A stretch of DNA of 64,000 nt from NCBI GenBank assembly GCA_037441675.1, contig JBBIRS010000008.1:32366-96365 (forward strand). Direction: 5' to 3'. Positions 63,067 through 64,000 of the stretch are shown here, piece after piece. The notes under the pieces are model-generated. The model did not search any database, was not told where the DNA came from, and saw nothing but the letters and a program-made list of their open reading frames with translations. Each line of letters starts with the position of its first letter. Positions within the stretch are counted from its first letter, which is position 1. The translations under genes and the position numbers were made by a program. Origin of the DNA: Planctomycetales bacterium. Its GTDB lineage: Bacteria > 4484-113.

Positions 63067-64000
63067 ATGAAGGGATATTTTGTGAGTGGATTAAAAAACA
63101 TCCTGCAATTCCAGAAATGGCAAGAATTATGTGGCAAGACTTCACTTACTAGACGAGCAGTTCTTTTATTTATCATATTTATCAGCGTGCCATTATCGTT
63201 ATGCTTACTTCTTCCTGGGAGGGGATTATCTTCAGAAACAAATGGCAAGCGAGTAACTTCTCCTTATGAAAAACTGGTAAGTTGGACTTTTCCGCGTTTT
63301 GATGATGAAAGTATTGCGGGCTTTCTGGAAGAGGTGGAGCGTTTATCCTTCAAGTATGAGATAGACTTTGATTTGACTCTCGCGGTTATTTGTGCCGAAG
63401 CATCAATTCCAGACAGCGTAGCGCGTGGTAGAAAATCTAACATTGACTTGATGAGGATAATGACCAAGACTTGGGGGAATGGTTATCCTAGAGTTGAGGA
63501 TGACTTAGAGAATGCGGTTTCTACCCTAAAGGAACTATTGCGAACTGAGAGCTCCACCGAGAATGCCCTTAGGGTTTACTGGGCTGATACTCAGGTCGGA
63601 TATAACACATCTAGCGTAAGCAAATTTATTAAGAGTGTTCAGGAAAAGTATTCGTATTTAAGGCAGCCTGAAAAAGAAAAGGGGAAACAGTATCTAAGGG
63701 AGGTTGAGAAGTTCCCCCCATCGCCTGCAAAAGAATTTGAAATAATAGAAATGCCCAATTTATACTCCCAGCTTGAGATATATGAAGTTGAACCAGCCTA
63801 TAAACAAGTAGCTCTTTACTTTAATCCTTCGCTAACTGAAGAAGAAGCCACACTTATCGCAAGGAGTGTCCTGACATTTTCCATGAAGGCGAAAGGGGTG
63901 GATCCAAGACTCGTGATGGCGGTCATAGCAGCTGAATCAAGGTTCAGACCTAGTGCGGTTAGTAAAAAGGGAGCTATGGGGCTTGGGCTGATAATGCCTG
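63067..64000 (+). CDS. Membrane-anchored lytic transglycosylase (SLT domain), 3' truncated
   Basis: Frame is open from ATG 63067 to the window end. TM segment, then VDPRLVMAVIAAESRFRPSAVSKKGAMGL. Not in the ORF track because it has no stop in the window. Confidence 0.88.
   Translation, partial: MKGYFVSGLKNILQFQKWQELCGKTSLTRRAVLLFIIFISVPLSLCLLLPGRGLSSETNGKRVTSPYEKLVSWTFPRFDDESIAGFLEEVERLSFKYEIDFDLTLAVICAEASIPDSVARGRKSNIDLMRIMTKTWGNGYPRVEDDLENAVSTLKELLRTESSTENALRVYWADTQVGYNTSSVSKFIKSVQEKYSYLRQPEKEKGKQYLREVEKFPPSPAKEFEIIEMPNLYSQLEIYEVEPAYKQVALYFNPSLTEEEATLIARSVLTFSMKAKGVDPRLVMAVIAAESRFRPSAVSKKGAMGLGLIMP

Overview
Bacterial chromosome segment, probably from a diderm since it carries LptA/LptC-like genes. 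Most of it is housekeeping: fmt, ispH, pnp-rpsO, hflX, xerD, menG/ubiE, mutL, ligA, rarA, mfd, gpsA, dnaG, ahcY, a purine nucleoside phosphorylase, rpsA, coaE, tRNA-Leu(TAG) and tRNA-Pro(GGG). Two accessory blocks encode large secreted or lipoproteins. Block 1 (1-8.8 kb) holds a PKD/YfaP-like protein whose tail is broken by in-frame stops, a cohesin-like/dockerin-like/FN3/PKD/TIGR03790-like lipoprotein, a decayed S8 protease and an orphan copy of the lipoprotein's 3' end. Block 2 (21.0-26.5 kb) is a coupled three-gene operon: cohesin-like lipoprotein, M6 metalloprotease with a dockerin-like motif, and an IPT/TIG-repeat lipoprotein. The last two proteins end in the same [IV]LPPPNLxxxxQY tail. 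The best candidate for an undescribed system is a non-cellulosomal cohesin-dockerin surface protease assembly with a shared C-terminal sorting or assembly motif. Other observations: features absent from the ORF track (histone H1-like protein, DUF2281-like antitoxin pseudogene, tandem-SLT transglycosylase), GTAG-type REP-like clusters, many apparently leaderless genes, and two genes whose starts are out of frame at homopolymers. All family assignments come from reading motifs by eye; no searches were run.
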